The notes below the pieces were generated by a model. That model saw only the letters and a program-made list of their open reading frames with translations, was not told the origin of the DNA and did not search any database. Made by a program: the position numbers and the translations under genes. A stretch of 28,150 nucleotides of DNA from a virus (taxonomy: Duplodnaviria > Caudoviricetes), in the IMG/VR virus record IMGVR_UViG_3300006879_000017, positions 1-28,150 of that record. The stretch is one strand, 5' to 3'. Every line of letters starts with the position of its first letter. The stretch's first letter is position 1. Of the stretch, positions 9,990-18,001 are shown piece by piece.

Positions 9990-10300
9990 CTACCTCACTG
10001 TTTAGGCTCTATGGCCTTCATATATACGCCGTCCATGGTTTTGATTATACGGTGAAACGTATGGAAGTCACCAAAACCATTGACTTGGAAGTACTGCCAC
10101 ACCGCTGTCCATGGTATCGGCCCACCAGCTTGCCTATCCCCCGCCAAATCCCAAAAAGCCGCCCAATAGTCTTGTTCTATATCGTTCAGCTCCGGCGGGG
10201 TTAATCCTTGCGGTATGTCAACTCCGTGATAACGATAAGCCGCTATCAGTTCTGCGGCATCTGGGTTTTGGACTGACCATCGGATGCTGACGGCGAGTGC
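9990..10300 (-). CDS. Tail chaperone gpT-like extension reached by -1 frameshift (G-T fusion)
   Basis: The -1 frame after GGGAAAG is open (ALAVSIRWSVQNPDAAEL...PPELNDIEQDYWAAFWDLAGDRQAGGPIPWTAV...FHRIIKTMDGVYM) to TAG at 9990, 3 nt before the TMP start. Confidence 0.85.
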
Positions 10301-10707
10301 TTTCCCACTTGTTCTACAAAGGCGTTGGCGTTGTCATCCAGCCGCTGAGCGGCGTTCAAAACCATCATGGTGAAGCGCTCGCCGCCACGGCTCATGATGA
10401 ACTTGCGAGCCATTTCCTTGCTATAAGGCAGGTCTTCGCCGTTATTCTTGAGTCCACGCCAGCCTTTAAGAACATGCTCTATCAACACTTCTTTAGTGAT
10501 GTTGGAGTATTGCTCTTCGGTCAAAGCCTTGCCACGTGACTGCGCTCTAACCTTAGCCTGATAAGCCTTCATAGCCTTACGAGCGCTGTCTGCCTGCATG
10601 CCAGTCACCAGCAGCTCAAGGCCGGGCGCTTCGTCCACTTCCATCCATTCGCCGTTGTCGATAACTTCGAGCGCAGCTTCATTCAATACAATATCGTTAA
10701 TATCCAT
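10246..10707 (-). CDS. Tail assembly chaperone (gpG-like)
   Basis: Lies between the tail tube and TMP genes; LKGWRGL...DLPYSKE motif. Start is ATG 10707 (MDIND) after GGAG. Confidence 0.85.
   Translation of the reverse strand: MDINDIVLNEAALEVIDNGEWMEVDEAPGLELLVTGMQADSARKAMKAYQAKVRAQSRGKALTEEQYSNITKEVLIEHVLKGWRGLKNNGEDLPYSKEMARKFIMSRGGERFTMMVLNAAQRLDDNANAFVEQVGKHSPSASDGQSKTQMPQN
10300..10306 (-). other. Programmed -1 ribosomal frameshift site G GGA AAG
   Basis: Same heptamer as the lambda G/T slippery site, in the correct phase (GTG GGA AAG = V-G-K) near the end of the chaperone ORF. Confidence 0.85.
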
Positions 10708-10800
10708 TTTCAATCTCCGGTTCTTGGTTCGCGGTTCAGGTCGGGCATCAGAGCGGTGAACCAAGCCGCCCCTAGCCCTAGCCCCATTACGGGGATTCGG

Positions 10801-11532
10801 TTAAATGGTGATAATGCGACCGTTTACAGCAATGCCGAAGGCACGGGTGAAGTTGTCGTTTTTAGCACCACCAGAACGAGCACCGTCAAGAGCTAGCCCT
10901 TGGAACAGATCGGTCATACCAGCGGGCGGGGCGGTAGCGGTAATGTCGCCAGTAGTAGTGCCGGTGGTCTCAATCGCCTCGCCGCCAGCGGTAGCCGCAA
11001 CGCTGAATGTGTCGTCGGTCAGGCCGTCCTCAACCACGTAGTAGACAACGCCAGCTGTCAGGCCAGTGGGCAGGGCAGCACCATCGCCCAGGGTGAACAT
11101 AACCGGCTGGCCTGCAACAAAGCCGTGATCAGCCCATGTCACAACGCCAGGATCGGCAATGCTGATAGTTACATTAGCCTCTGGAGCACAATCAGCGCCA
11201 CGCTCTACACGGAAAGCATAAGGTCGGCAGTTGTCTTCGATAGCCTCACGAAACTTAGCTTGACCCGGATCAAGGTGCAGCGGGATAAAGGTGTTGTTCA
11301 TGGTGCCACCGTTGCGCGTTCCCTTCGACTTCATCATCCAGTCAGAGTTGATCAGCTCGTATTCGTTAACGGCCTGTTCGCCGCCAAGCTCACCAACATT
11401 AAAAAGACCCTTGATTTCAATCCAGTTGATACCTTGGAAATCAGCTGGGGTTACTTCGAGTTTGGCGGGTACTGGATTTTCACTAATGAAAATCTTGGTA
11501 TTCGCCATTGTGTAAATCATTTCTTCAGCCAT
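10801..11532 (-). CDS. Major tail tube protein with an inserted small beta domain
   Basis: WIEIKG...GELG, KSKGTRNGG, DPGQ and C-terminal IAVNG, typical of siphovirus tube proteins. Insert VTISIADPGVVTWADHGF...YYVV...TFSVAAT. Confidence 0.85.
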   Translation of the reverse strand: MAEEMIYTMANTKIFISENPVPAKLEVTPADFQGINWIEIKGLFNVGELGGEQAVNEYELINSDWMMKSKGTRNGGTMNNTFIPLHLDPGQAKFREAIEDNCRPYAFRVERGADCAPEANVTISIADPGVVTWADHGFVAGQPVMFTLGDGAALPTGLTAGVVYYVVEDGLTDDTFSVAATAGGEAIETTGTTTGDITATAPPAGMTDLFQGLALDGARSGGAKNDNFTRAFGIAVNGRIITI

Positions 11533-11756
11533 TAGTCTTGCTCCTGCTCAGTGTTGGCCGGGACGGCCTTTTCCCCGGAAGCACCGGATCTACGTTTTGC
11601 CACCGCCTTCTTTCGTTCGGCCATGGCTGTTTTCTTCTTAACGCCTGTCATTTCAGCAGCACCCTTGGCAACGTGCATAATGGTTTCGCCAACAGCTGAG
11701 CGCAGAAGTGCGTCTCGTGCTAATTTTCGCCTTTCTTTGCAGTTTTTGCAACTCAT
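11532..11756 (-). CDS. Small basic hypothetical protein with N-terminal CxxC
   Basis: MSCKNCKERRK...; translationally coupled (ATGA overlap upstream, TAATG overlap downstream); GGAGG RBS. Confidence 0.7.
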   Translation of the reverse strand: MSCKNCKERRKLARDALLRSAVGETIMHVAKGAAEMTGVKKKTAMAERKKAVAKRRSGASGEKAVPANTEQEQD

Positions 11757-12163
11757 GCGAATGTCCTCCACGGAATTCTAACAGGAACGTTCCAGTAACC
11801 GCCGTCTTCGTATCCGTCCATAACGTGCGGTGCTGATGTAATAGTAACGCAAACTGAGCCGTAACGCACCGTATAGCCGTCTTTAAAATGTTCGGCTATC
11901 TGCCCAGCTTGATCAATAAAAACGCTAGTATCTTGGCCCAGTGGCATAACCAGCGTCAGCATTAAAAACCCGCGCCGTGTGTGTTTTTTGCCGGTTGCGA
12001 TCATCTCAGGATTTGGCGCTGCCGTCACATGACCAACACGAATATAGCCGCTAGTCAATGCCGTAAATTTCTCAGCAGGCCAAGCGATAGGTAGCGATAA
12101 ACCCAGCGAATCAATACCGCTCTTTAGTGCTAACCATATTTGAGTTTCAATTGCTGGCATCAT
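11753..12163 (-). CDS. Tail terminator-like protein (DUF4128-like)
   Basis: LPIAWP..., AGQIAEHF..G and VPVRIPW motifs; position before the tail tube gene. Confidence 0.75.
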   Translation of the reverse strand: MMPAIETQIWLALKSGIDSLGLSLPIAWPAEKFTALTSGYIRVGHVTAAPNPEMIATGKKHTRRGFLMLTLVMPLGQDTSVFIDQAGQIAEHFKDGYTVRYGSVCVTITSAPHVMDGYEDGGYWNVPVRIPWRTFA

Positions 12164-12594
12164 GTTTTACCTTTGATCTCGCTGACCGCTGTTTTAACGA
12201 TATTAGGCCATTCTGCCACAGCGCCTTCAATAAAATAATTTCCTTGTTGATTATACACACGTCCGAGTCTATCTGCTCCAACATATCCGAAGTTCATTCT
12301 GGCGGCGTAAATCGCTTGGTAGCCAATGTAGACCGTTTCATCTGCTTTTAGTGTCGCAGCAATCAGACCGATATTGCTACCGGCGTAAGGGCCGTCTGCA
12401 ACATTTGGCATGCCTGACTTGCTGGCTAATAGCGAGCGCGCAAGGTTGCCCGTCAAGAATGGTACACGACCGCCTTCTGGCTTGGTCTTGGCTAGCTCCT
12501 CGCCAAGCAATTCGACTGAGCGACCATGCGCAGCATTGATACGCTCTTTAGTCTCTGTAACCCATGCGTCTATTGATTCTGTGAAACTGGCCAT
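12160..12594 (-). CDS. Neck / tail-completion protein (HK97 gp10-like)
   Basis: GRVPFLTGNLARS and YAARMNFG motifs. Confidence 0.75.
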   Translation of the reverse strand: MASFTESIDAWVTETKERINAAHGRSVELLGEELAKTKPEGGRVPFLTGNLARSLLASKSGMPNVADGPYAGSNIGLIAATLKADETVYIGYQAIYAARMNFGYVGADRLGRVYNQQGNYFIEGAVAEWPNIVKTAVSEIKGKT

Positions 12595-12607
12595 AGTTAT
12601 ACCCCGA

Positions 12608-13657
12608 TCAACTCACCGATCTAATCAAGCGGTATTCGCAGTCACACCCGCAATTTATCACATTATGCGCCCCACCCGCCGGATCATGCGGATAAAGCAT
12701 CACTGACCCATCACTAAGCACAAACGGCGTATCTAATCCGGTCACCGACACGCCCGCCATCTCAATATGTGTAATGCGCCCATCAGCGCCACGCCTATGC
12801 CGCCATGTTTTTACGACTGCACTGCGGTCTAAGCCTTGTTGCTCTGCTGCTTGCTCCCATGCCACATCACGCGCACCCATAACCGCCGCTGCGGTCTCTG
12901 TTGTCGCTACCGTGTCTGCACGCGCTTTTAGCAGTGCGTTTCTGTATTGCCGCTCGGATAGCAAACGCTGAGCCTCCGGTACAGCCTCGCCGCGAACGTA
13001 TGCAGCTAGAATGCGCTGCTCGGTTGCTTTATTCACCTTGTAGCGCATGGCAAGGCTTCCGTCTGCGCGCCTAACAACAAGCGATTGAACACCCTCGGGC
13101 GTGCGCATACCGGCTGATACGTTAGCGAGCCTTGCCGCCCTTGGGCCATCCAATCCTAGAATACCGCCCTCACGAACACCGCCAGCACCCACGCGCCCAA
13201 CTAGATCTCGCGCGATAGTGCGCGGATGGTTGCCACCCATGTAACCCGCTGCAATCACCTCACGCGCCACCTCGACCTGCTCTTGCACAAAACCAACTAC
13301 GCGAGTCGCAACATTTTGCCGTATCCATTTTTCAGCCGCTGGATTTTGCAGGTTAAACCGCAGACCAATGGCACCCTGCCCTGAGCCAACAATTAGTGCG
13401 GCCGTAGCAGTGCCTGACTCAAGGAAAACGCTGGTCAATACTTGGCTGTATTCGTTGAATGCTCCCTCGTTTATATTGAGCGCCTGCACTGCGCTAAGCG
13501 TCGAACCCGACTCAAGCGCGGAAAGAAGTGCTGGCCAATTGGCATTAGCTTGCAGATCAACCACTGCTCGCATGAATGCCTGCCTAACAGCAGGTTCGTG
13601 CTTGCTCAGTAATTCAGCAAATTGACGCGCCTGCGATCGTGTTGGGCGTAGTGCCAT
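12608..13657 (-). CDS. Minor head morphogenesis protein (Mu gpF / SPP1 gp7-like)
   Basis: RADTVATTE, KTW, R.TH and C-terminal YPHDP.G...VINCGCDC motifs. Confidence 0.85.
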   Translation of the reverse strand: MALRPTRSQARQFAELLSKHEPAVRQAFMRAVVDLQANANWPALLSALESGSTLSAVQALNINEGAFNEYSQVLTSVFLESGTATAALIVGSGQGAIGLRFNLQNPAAEKWIRQNVATRVVGFVQEQVEVAREVIAAGYMGGNHPRTIARDLVGRVGAGGVREGGILGLDGPRAARLANVSAGMRTPEGVQSLVVRRADGSLAMRYKVNKATEQRILAAYVRGEAVPEAQRLLSERQYRNALLKARADTVATTETAAAVMGARDVAWEQAAEQQGLDRSAVVKTWRHRRGADGRITHIEMAGVSVTGLDTPFVLSDGSVMLYPHDPAGGAHNVINCGCDCEYRLIRSVS

Positions 13658-13860
13658 TAGTATGGCTCCACTGTCACTTTCCCGCGTAGTTTGCGAGTGT
13701 ATATATAATCCGCGCCCTTTTTAACTCGAATAGGTTGCGGTACATACACGACAACCCCTCTGGATGTATCTGCTGACATGGCGTTTTCGACCTCATTATC
13801 GTTAACGAAAACCCTAACAGGTTTGCCGATTTTAACAGTGTTTGCAATGGTGTATATCAT
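13657..13860 (-). CDS. Hypothetical protein, 67 aa
   Basis: Tightly packed ORF (GAGG RBS, TAATG overlap with the next gene); no motif recognised. Confidence 0.65.
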   Translation of the reverse strand: MIYTIANTVKIGKPVRVFVNDNEVENAMSADTSRGVVVYVPQPIRVKKGADYIYTRKLRGKVTVEPY

Positions 13861-13862
13861 GA

Positions 13863-14255
13863 TCAGCCTCGGATGATGAATCTAACCGCCGACACAGTAC
13901 CTGCCGCCGGTATGCGCTCAACAGATAGCACGGTCACTCGCACACCATCGACCGATAAAATATCGCCAGCCTGATAGCCCATTGCTGGTGGTGCACAAAT
14001 TACCTGCCTGTCGCTCGCAAGGATAACAGCACTGCCGACCTCTGTGCCGACCAATCGTGAATCTACACCTCTAACAGCAGCCTTTAGCGTTTCTGGTTTC
14101 TCGGTTGGCTCCACCGGCAACCACGGCTTATCAGGATCGACAGCGCCGGGCGTTACGCGAATAAGCTGAATAACGCCTTGGCCAAGTCCACCGCTTGAAG
14201 CTGGTGCTAGTAACTCGCTGGCCATGTCGGCTAGGTCGTCGTAGAAATCAGACAT
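13863..14255 (-). CDS. Head closure / head-tail joining protein
   Basis: MSDFYDDLADMASELL...GQG start; position after the adaptor gene. Confidence 0.7.
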   Translation of the reverse strand: MSDFYDDLADMASELLAPASSGGLGQGVIQLIRVTPGAVDPDKPWLPVEPTEKPETLKAAVRGVDSRLVGTEVGSAVILASDRQVICAPPAMGYQAGDILSVDGVRVTVLSVERIPAAGTVSAVRFIIRG

Positions 14256-14256
14256 A

Positions 14257-14757
14257 TCAAATCACTCTGAAAAGCGAATTAGGATCGCGCACGCCTTGCT
14301 TGCACAGCCACGGCAAAACCATGCCGTTGATGATACTGTCGGACGGCATACCAGCAGCTGCATCTGTACCTGCTGCGTCAGCCGCCGCGAAAAACTCTCT
14401 TTCGATGGTATCAACTTTTTCTCGCTTGGTTTGACGCGCCGCATTCACCGAGGCAGTAGACCACCCAGGCGTGACAGCATTCAAGTAACCAGCGCGATAG
14501 CTCGCGTTGATCCATGCTTGCGGTATCAGATCGTTCGGCACCGATTGGCCATTCACGCGGTGGCCGGTTCTCGGCCATGCAAGCTCTTGTGAGAAGCCGC
14601 CCGAGCGGCTGCTGCACGCTAACCGCCACTCATACGCTGCGTCAATATAGTTGGAGCCGAGCGCCCGCAGAACCGCAACGTCAGGAGCAGTTTCCGGAAG
14701 TGTCAGCCCTTGCGCCGCCAACCACTCGGTAAACCCTTGGTCAGTTCCGTATGCCAT
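14257..14757 (-). CDS. Head-tail adaptor (DnaT-like phage family)
   Basis: QELAWPR, IP.....ASY and KREKVDTIEREF motifs. Likely start is ATG 14757 (MAYGTD). Confidence 0.75.
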   Translation of the reverse strand: MAYGTDQGFTEWLAAQGLTLPETAPDVAVLRALGSNYIDAAYEWRLACSSRSGGFSQELAWPRTGHRVNGQSVPNDLIPQAWINASYRAGYLNAVTPGWSTASVNAARQTKREKVDTIEREFFAAADAAGTDAAAGMPSDSIINGMVLPWLCKQGVRDPNSLFRVI

Positions 14758-14758
14758 G

Positions 14759-15841
14759 TTAGAAGCTCTCGAATAGTTCAATGTTGATCATCGTGCCGCC
14801 GGTGTTCGTGATGTTACGGGAACTGCCGTAGTTGTGCATCACGTTGACGGTGAAGATGTCGCCGCCCGACACACCCATGATTCCGGTATCCACGCTTGCC
14901 ACTGGGAGCTGCGCCGTGTCCATGCCGCGTGCCGCGCCTGTTGCTACAACATTGCCATTGCGACTTAGTTGCAAGTGTAAGTAGTTCCCCGCGCTCAAGT
15001 CCCAGGTCGCCACTGAGCAAGTAACACGCGCATATGCAGCCCACGGGGGGATCATGAAGTCACCTCCTGAGCGAATATTGAACTGATCGTATCCGCCGCC
15101 CCACTGTGTGACCTTCGTGCGTGTCGCGTTAGGTATCGACTGAATGTCAACCAGAGGGACGCGAAGTGCCGGAATAGCAGGGCCGATAGAGCCGCGCATA
15201 GCAGGTGTGTTCGGTTTGTTCTGCACGTCATCCCACGTTGGCTGGTAGTCATCCGGCATGGCGCCCAGCGACTCGCGAGTAATCACGACGTTTCCGATCA
15301 TGCCGTTTACAGACTGGACGATCTGCGAGGAGCCGAGGCGTGACCAAACGCCATCATGGTAAATGACAATATCGCCCTCGTCGAACTCGACCGTTCCGCT
15401 TCCAAGGTCCACCGATGCCGCAGACGATGCGAAATAGAAGTCACCATCTTCGCCAACTCCATCAGCAATCGTCGGGATGTTGTTCTCCGCGTCCCACAAC
15501 CCCTTGTAGGCTAAGGCCTCAAGGTTCATCTGCGACAGCGGCACCTTGCCAGCTCCGTCCAGCGATGCAACGCCTCCGGACTGCCCAACGAGGGTGGTGT
15601 CAACCTTGGTCTCCAGCGCTGACGTAAGCACCGCAGCGGTGGCCATTTCCTCAGCAAAACTGGGGTTAGGGTAGGAGCCAGCCAGTACGCCACCTGCTGG
15701 GCCGGTTGGCGTGCGCGGCTCGTTAGCGGTGGCGTTAGCCTCAGCTATGATGCTCTTGATCGCCGCATTCGTCAGCGCACGGCTAGGCTCCCCGTCAACG
15801 GGAATAGCGGCATCAATGTCTTCGGGGGTAGGGTAAGCCAT
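14759..15841 (-). CDS. Putative head fibre / capsid appendage protein
   Basis: Fibre-shaft motifs (GPAGGVLAGSYPNP, GVASLDGAGKVP, YKGLWDA..N.P, VQSVNG..GNV, TWDDVQNKP) and a beta-rich C1q/TNF-like C-terminus. Located in the head module. Confidence 0.65.
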   Translation of the reverse strand: MAYPTPEDIDAAIPVDGEPSRALTNAAIKSIIAEANATANEPRTPTGPAGGVLAGSYPNPSFAEEMATAAVLTSALETKVDTTLVGQSGGVASLDGAGKVPLSQMNLEALAYKGLWDAENNIPTIADGVGEDGDFYFASSAASVDLGSGTVEFDEGDIVIYHDGVWSRLGSSQIVQSVNGMIGNVVITRESLGAMPDDYQPTWDDVQNKPNTPAMRGSIGPAIPALRVPLVDIQSIPNATRTKVTQWGGGYDQFNIRSGGDFMIPPWAAYARVTCSVATWDLSAGNYLHLQLSRNGNVVATGAARGMDTAQLPVASVDTGIMGVSGGDIFTVNVMHNYGSSRNITNTGGTMINIELFESF

Positions 15842-15844
15842 GTG

Positions 15845-16147
15845 TTATCTCCAGTAAGTACTGTTGTCCCAGGTGGTGCCATTATCCCACATCACGCCTT
15901 CGGGGTCTGGGCCTGGCGGCATGACGCTTTTGATGGGCAGCGCCTGATACGTGTTCCCCATAGCGTCCTGAAACACTGGGCCGCCAGCATCGAAAACAGG
16001 CAGTGGGTCAGCAAGATAATGGGTGCCGTGAACAGCATAGGGTTCGTCAGTCTCAAACGTTTCTATGCCACCTGCAGATTCGTAAACCCCGGTTGCGGCC
16101 TGACCGTCACGAGCGACAAATGTGATGCCCAGCAGCGTTTTAGCCAT
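15845..16147 (-). CDS. Hypothetical virion-associated protein with C-terminal WDN repeats
   Basis: 100 aa with a GGAG RBS; ends GVMWDNGTTWDNSTYWR. Confidence 0.6.
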   Translation of the reverse strand: MAKTLLGITFVARDGQAATGVYESAGGIETFETDEPYAVHGTHYLADPLPVFDAGGPVFQDAMGNTYQALPIKSVMPPGPDPEGVMWDNGTTWDNSTYWR

Positions 16148-16149
16148 GG

Positions 16150-16449
16150 CTATGACTCCAGTATGGCTTCAATCTCAGCGCTCAGCTTTTTGGCGCTCCA
16201 GCGGCCATCAGCAGGCTTGCCTGCTAGGGCCTCGTACTCATTGCGCAATGCTTCTGTTGGGTCAGGCTCTGGCGCTTGTTCTTGGCGCTGCGCTGACTCA
16301 GTAATCTCAAAATAACCCACCTGCCGGTAATGGCCGACATGCATTGGGTGGGGCTCAATCTTAATCTCGCCGCGAGCCGGTAGCATAACGCGCTTACCGT
16401 TTTTGTCGACAAGACTGTATGGGCTGTTCGTAAGGTTTTTGATATGCAT
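16150..16449 (-). CDS. Small head-region protein with C-terminal helix-extension-helix motif
   Basis: Directly after the major capsid gene; LRNEYEALAGKPADGRWSAKKLSAEI; GGAG RBS. Confidence 0.7.
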   Translation of the reverse strand: MHIKNLTNSPYSLVDKNGKRVMLPARGEIKIEPHPMHVGHYRQVGYFEITESAQRQEQAPEPDPTEALRNEYEALAGKPADGRWSAKKLSAEIEAILES

Positions 16450-16464
16450 AACACGTCTCCGAGC

Positions 16465-16495
16465 AAAAGGGGCCAGCCGTTATCGGGCCAGCCCC
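16465..16495 (-). terminator. Intrinsic terminator after the major capsid gene
   Basis: GGGGCTGGCC-CGATAAC-GGCTGGCCCC-TTTT on the minus strand, just after the stop at 16503. Confidence 0.7.
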
Positions 16496-16502
16496 TCTAG
16501 GT

Positions 16503-17501
16503 TTACTCAGCCGGTGCAGGGCTGACGCCGTCCAGATAGCGCAGCGCGCCTTCACGAACAACGGTCAGCTGGCCGACACGACCAATGCCCGGAATCTGCC
16601 ACTGCATCGGGCCGTGCTGGTGCACATCCAAAAATCGGTAGACCATAGGCATCGGCAGCTCCAATGCATCTGGAGCATTGCGGTAACCAACTGCGCGGCC
16701 TTGACCGGTCACAGCGCTGTCAGTGGCAGCAGTGGACAGGGCCGGAAGCTCGCGGATGGTCACCGGGCGGCCGGTCCGAGTGGTGTAAATATTATTCGCC
16801 ATGAACCACTGCAGAATAGTCATGTTCGGCGAAGTCACACCATACGGAGTGATAGCCAGGTACTGATACGCGCTCGGAGGAAGCAGCACGGTGTCGCCGA
16901 TCAGACTGGTCAACACCCCGCTGGAGCTGGGCGGACCCATCAGCAACTGGTTCAGCTCGGCTACGATCTCTTCTGGGGTTTTCAGGCCAACGCCGTTGGC
17001 ATCTACCCAGTTGTGAGCGCTGCCGGTGCCAGTGTTCGGCGACAGAACCGGGGTGACGCTAGCCTTGTTGATCAGACCGGTCCAGCCTGGGTGGCCGCCG
17101 CCGTACAGTGCAGTTTCAGCGCAAAAAATATCGGCAGCTTGACGTGCGGCAATAGCCTTGCGGGCGGTCAGAGGGAAGCCAGCATGCATGGCCTTGCCCA
17201 GCTCTTCGATGTTGTAGCCGTAGCCAACTGCGTACATAGCGAAGTCGACGCCGACATTGATCAAACTCACGTCAGCTTTGGGTACGTCCTCAGCCCAACC
17301 GCTCTGCCATTTGGCAGCGCCGGCGAGGTCGCCGATCTGAAAGTCAGCACCGCTTGCCCACTCTGGGTAATCGGTATTTACCGGCACAAGTGACGCATAG
17401 TCAACAATGTCGTACTCGACGTTAAATGCGCGCGCTTGTTGTACGCGCGTTTGTTGGCGTAGGAAATTAAGGCCCTGCGCATCTGTGATAATTTGACTCA
17501 T
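16503..17501 (-). CDS. Major capsid protein (DUF2184 / encapsulin-like HK97 fold)
   Basis: 332 aa; GYGYNIEEL, DTVLLPPS and LELPMPM motifs; strong AAGGAG RBS; follows the decoration gene. Confidence 0.9.
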   Translation of the reverse strand: MSQIITDAQGLNFLRQQTRVQQARAFNVEYDIVDYASLVPVNTDYPEWASGADFQIGDLAGAAKWQSGWAEDVPKADVSLINVGVDFAMYAVGYGYNIEELGKAMHAGFPLTARKAIAARQAADIFCAETALYGGGHPGWTGLINKASVTPVLSPNTGTGSAHNWVDANGVGLKTPEEIVAELNQLLMGPPSSSGVLTSLIGDTVLLPPSAYQYLAITPYGVTSPNMTILQWFMANNIYTTRTGRPVTIRELPALSTAATDSAVTGQGRAVGYRNAPDALELPMPMVYRFLDVHQHGPMQWQIPGIGRVGQLTVVREGALRYLDGVSPAPAE

Positions 17502-17513
17502 GATAATTACTCC

Positions 17514-17999
17514 TTAATCTTCTTCGGCTACGGGTGCAGCGCCAGGGGTGAGTCGAATGCGCAGAGCGACAGGCGCGCCATCGGCGGCTGTTTCGTCGAA
17601 CTCGCAACCAGCTAGCGGCAGCAGGCCGGCGGCAGAAGCGCCGTGATACTTGCGGGTGGCCGGATCGTAGAACACGTCAGCGCCCTCGGTCACATCGTCA
17701 CCGGCCAGAACGAACACTGCACCCATGTCAGCGATGCCGAACAGCTGGCCAACAGTGTAGGTATCAGCGCCGTCATCGGTAGGTGTGCCCAGCATATCCG
17801 CGGTGCGCAAAGCGATACCGGCGAAACTACCGCCATCAGCCAGCGGGACATAAACCATCTCACCATCGCCCTTCATTACGGGAACAGCAGAAGCGAACTC
17901 AGCACCGGCGAAACCAGTACGGGCGTTGTCCTCCTCCATGTTTGCCCATGTGCCGACAATACCGCGCGGCATGGTTGTTGCGTTAGGAATTAAAGCCAT
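17514..17999 (-). CDS. Capsid decoration / cement protein
   Basis: 161 aa and acidic, between the protease and MCP genes; FAGIALR and GAVFV..G..V..G..V.Y motifs; GGAGG RBS. Confidence 0.75.
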   Translation of the reverse strand: MALIPNATTMPRGIVGTWANMEEDNARTGFAGAEFASAVPVMKGDGEMVYVPLADGGSFAGIALRTADMLGTPTDDGADTYTVGQLFGIADMGAVFVLAGDDVTEGADVFYDPATRKYHGASAAGLLPLAGCEFDETAADGAPVALRIRLTPGAAPVAEED

Positions 18000-18001
18000 G
18001 A

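Noticed and set aside
10900-11535. 211-aa plus-strand ORF opposite the tail tube gene
   Set aside because: Shadow ORF with no recognisable features.
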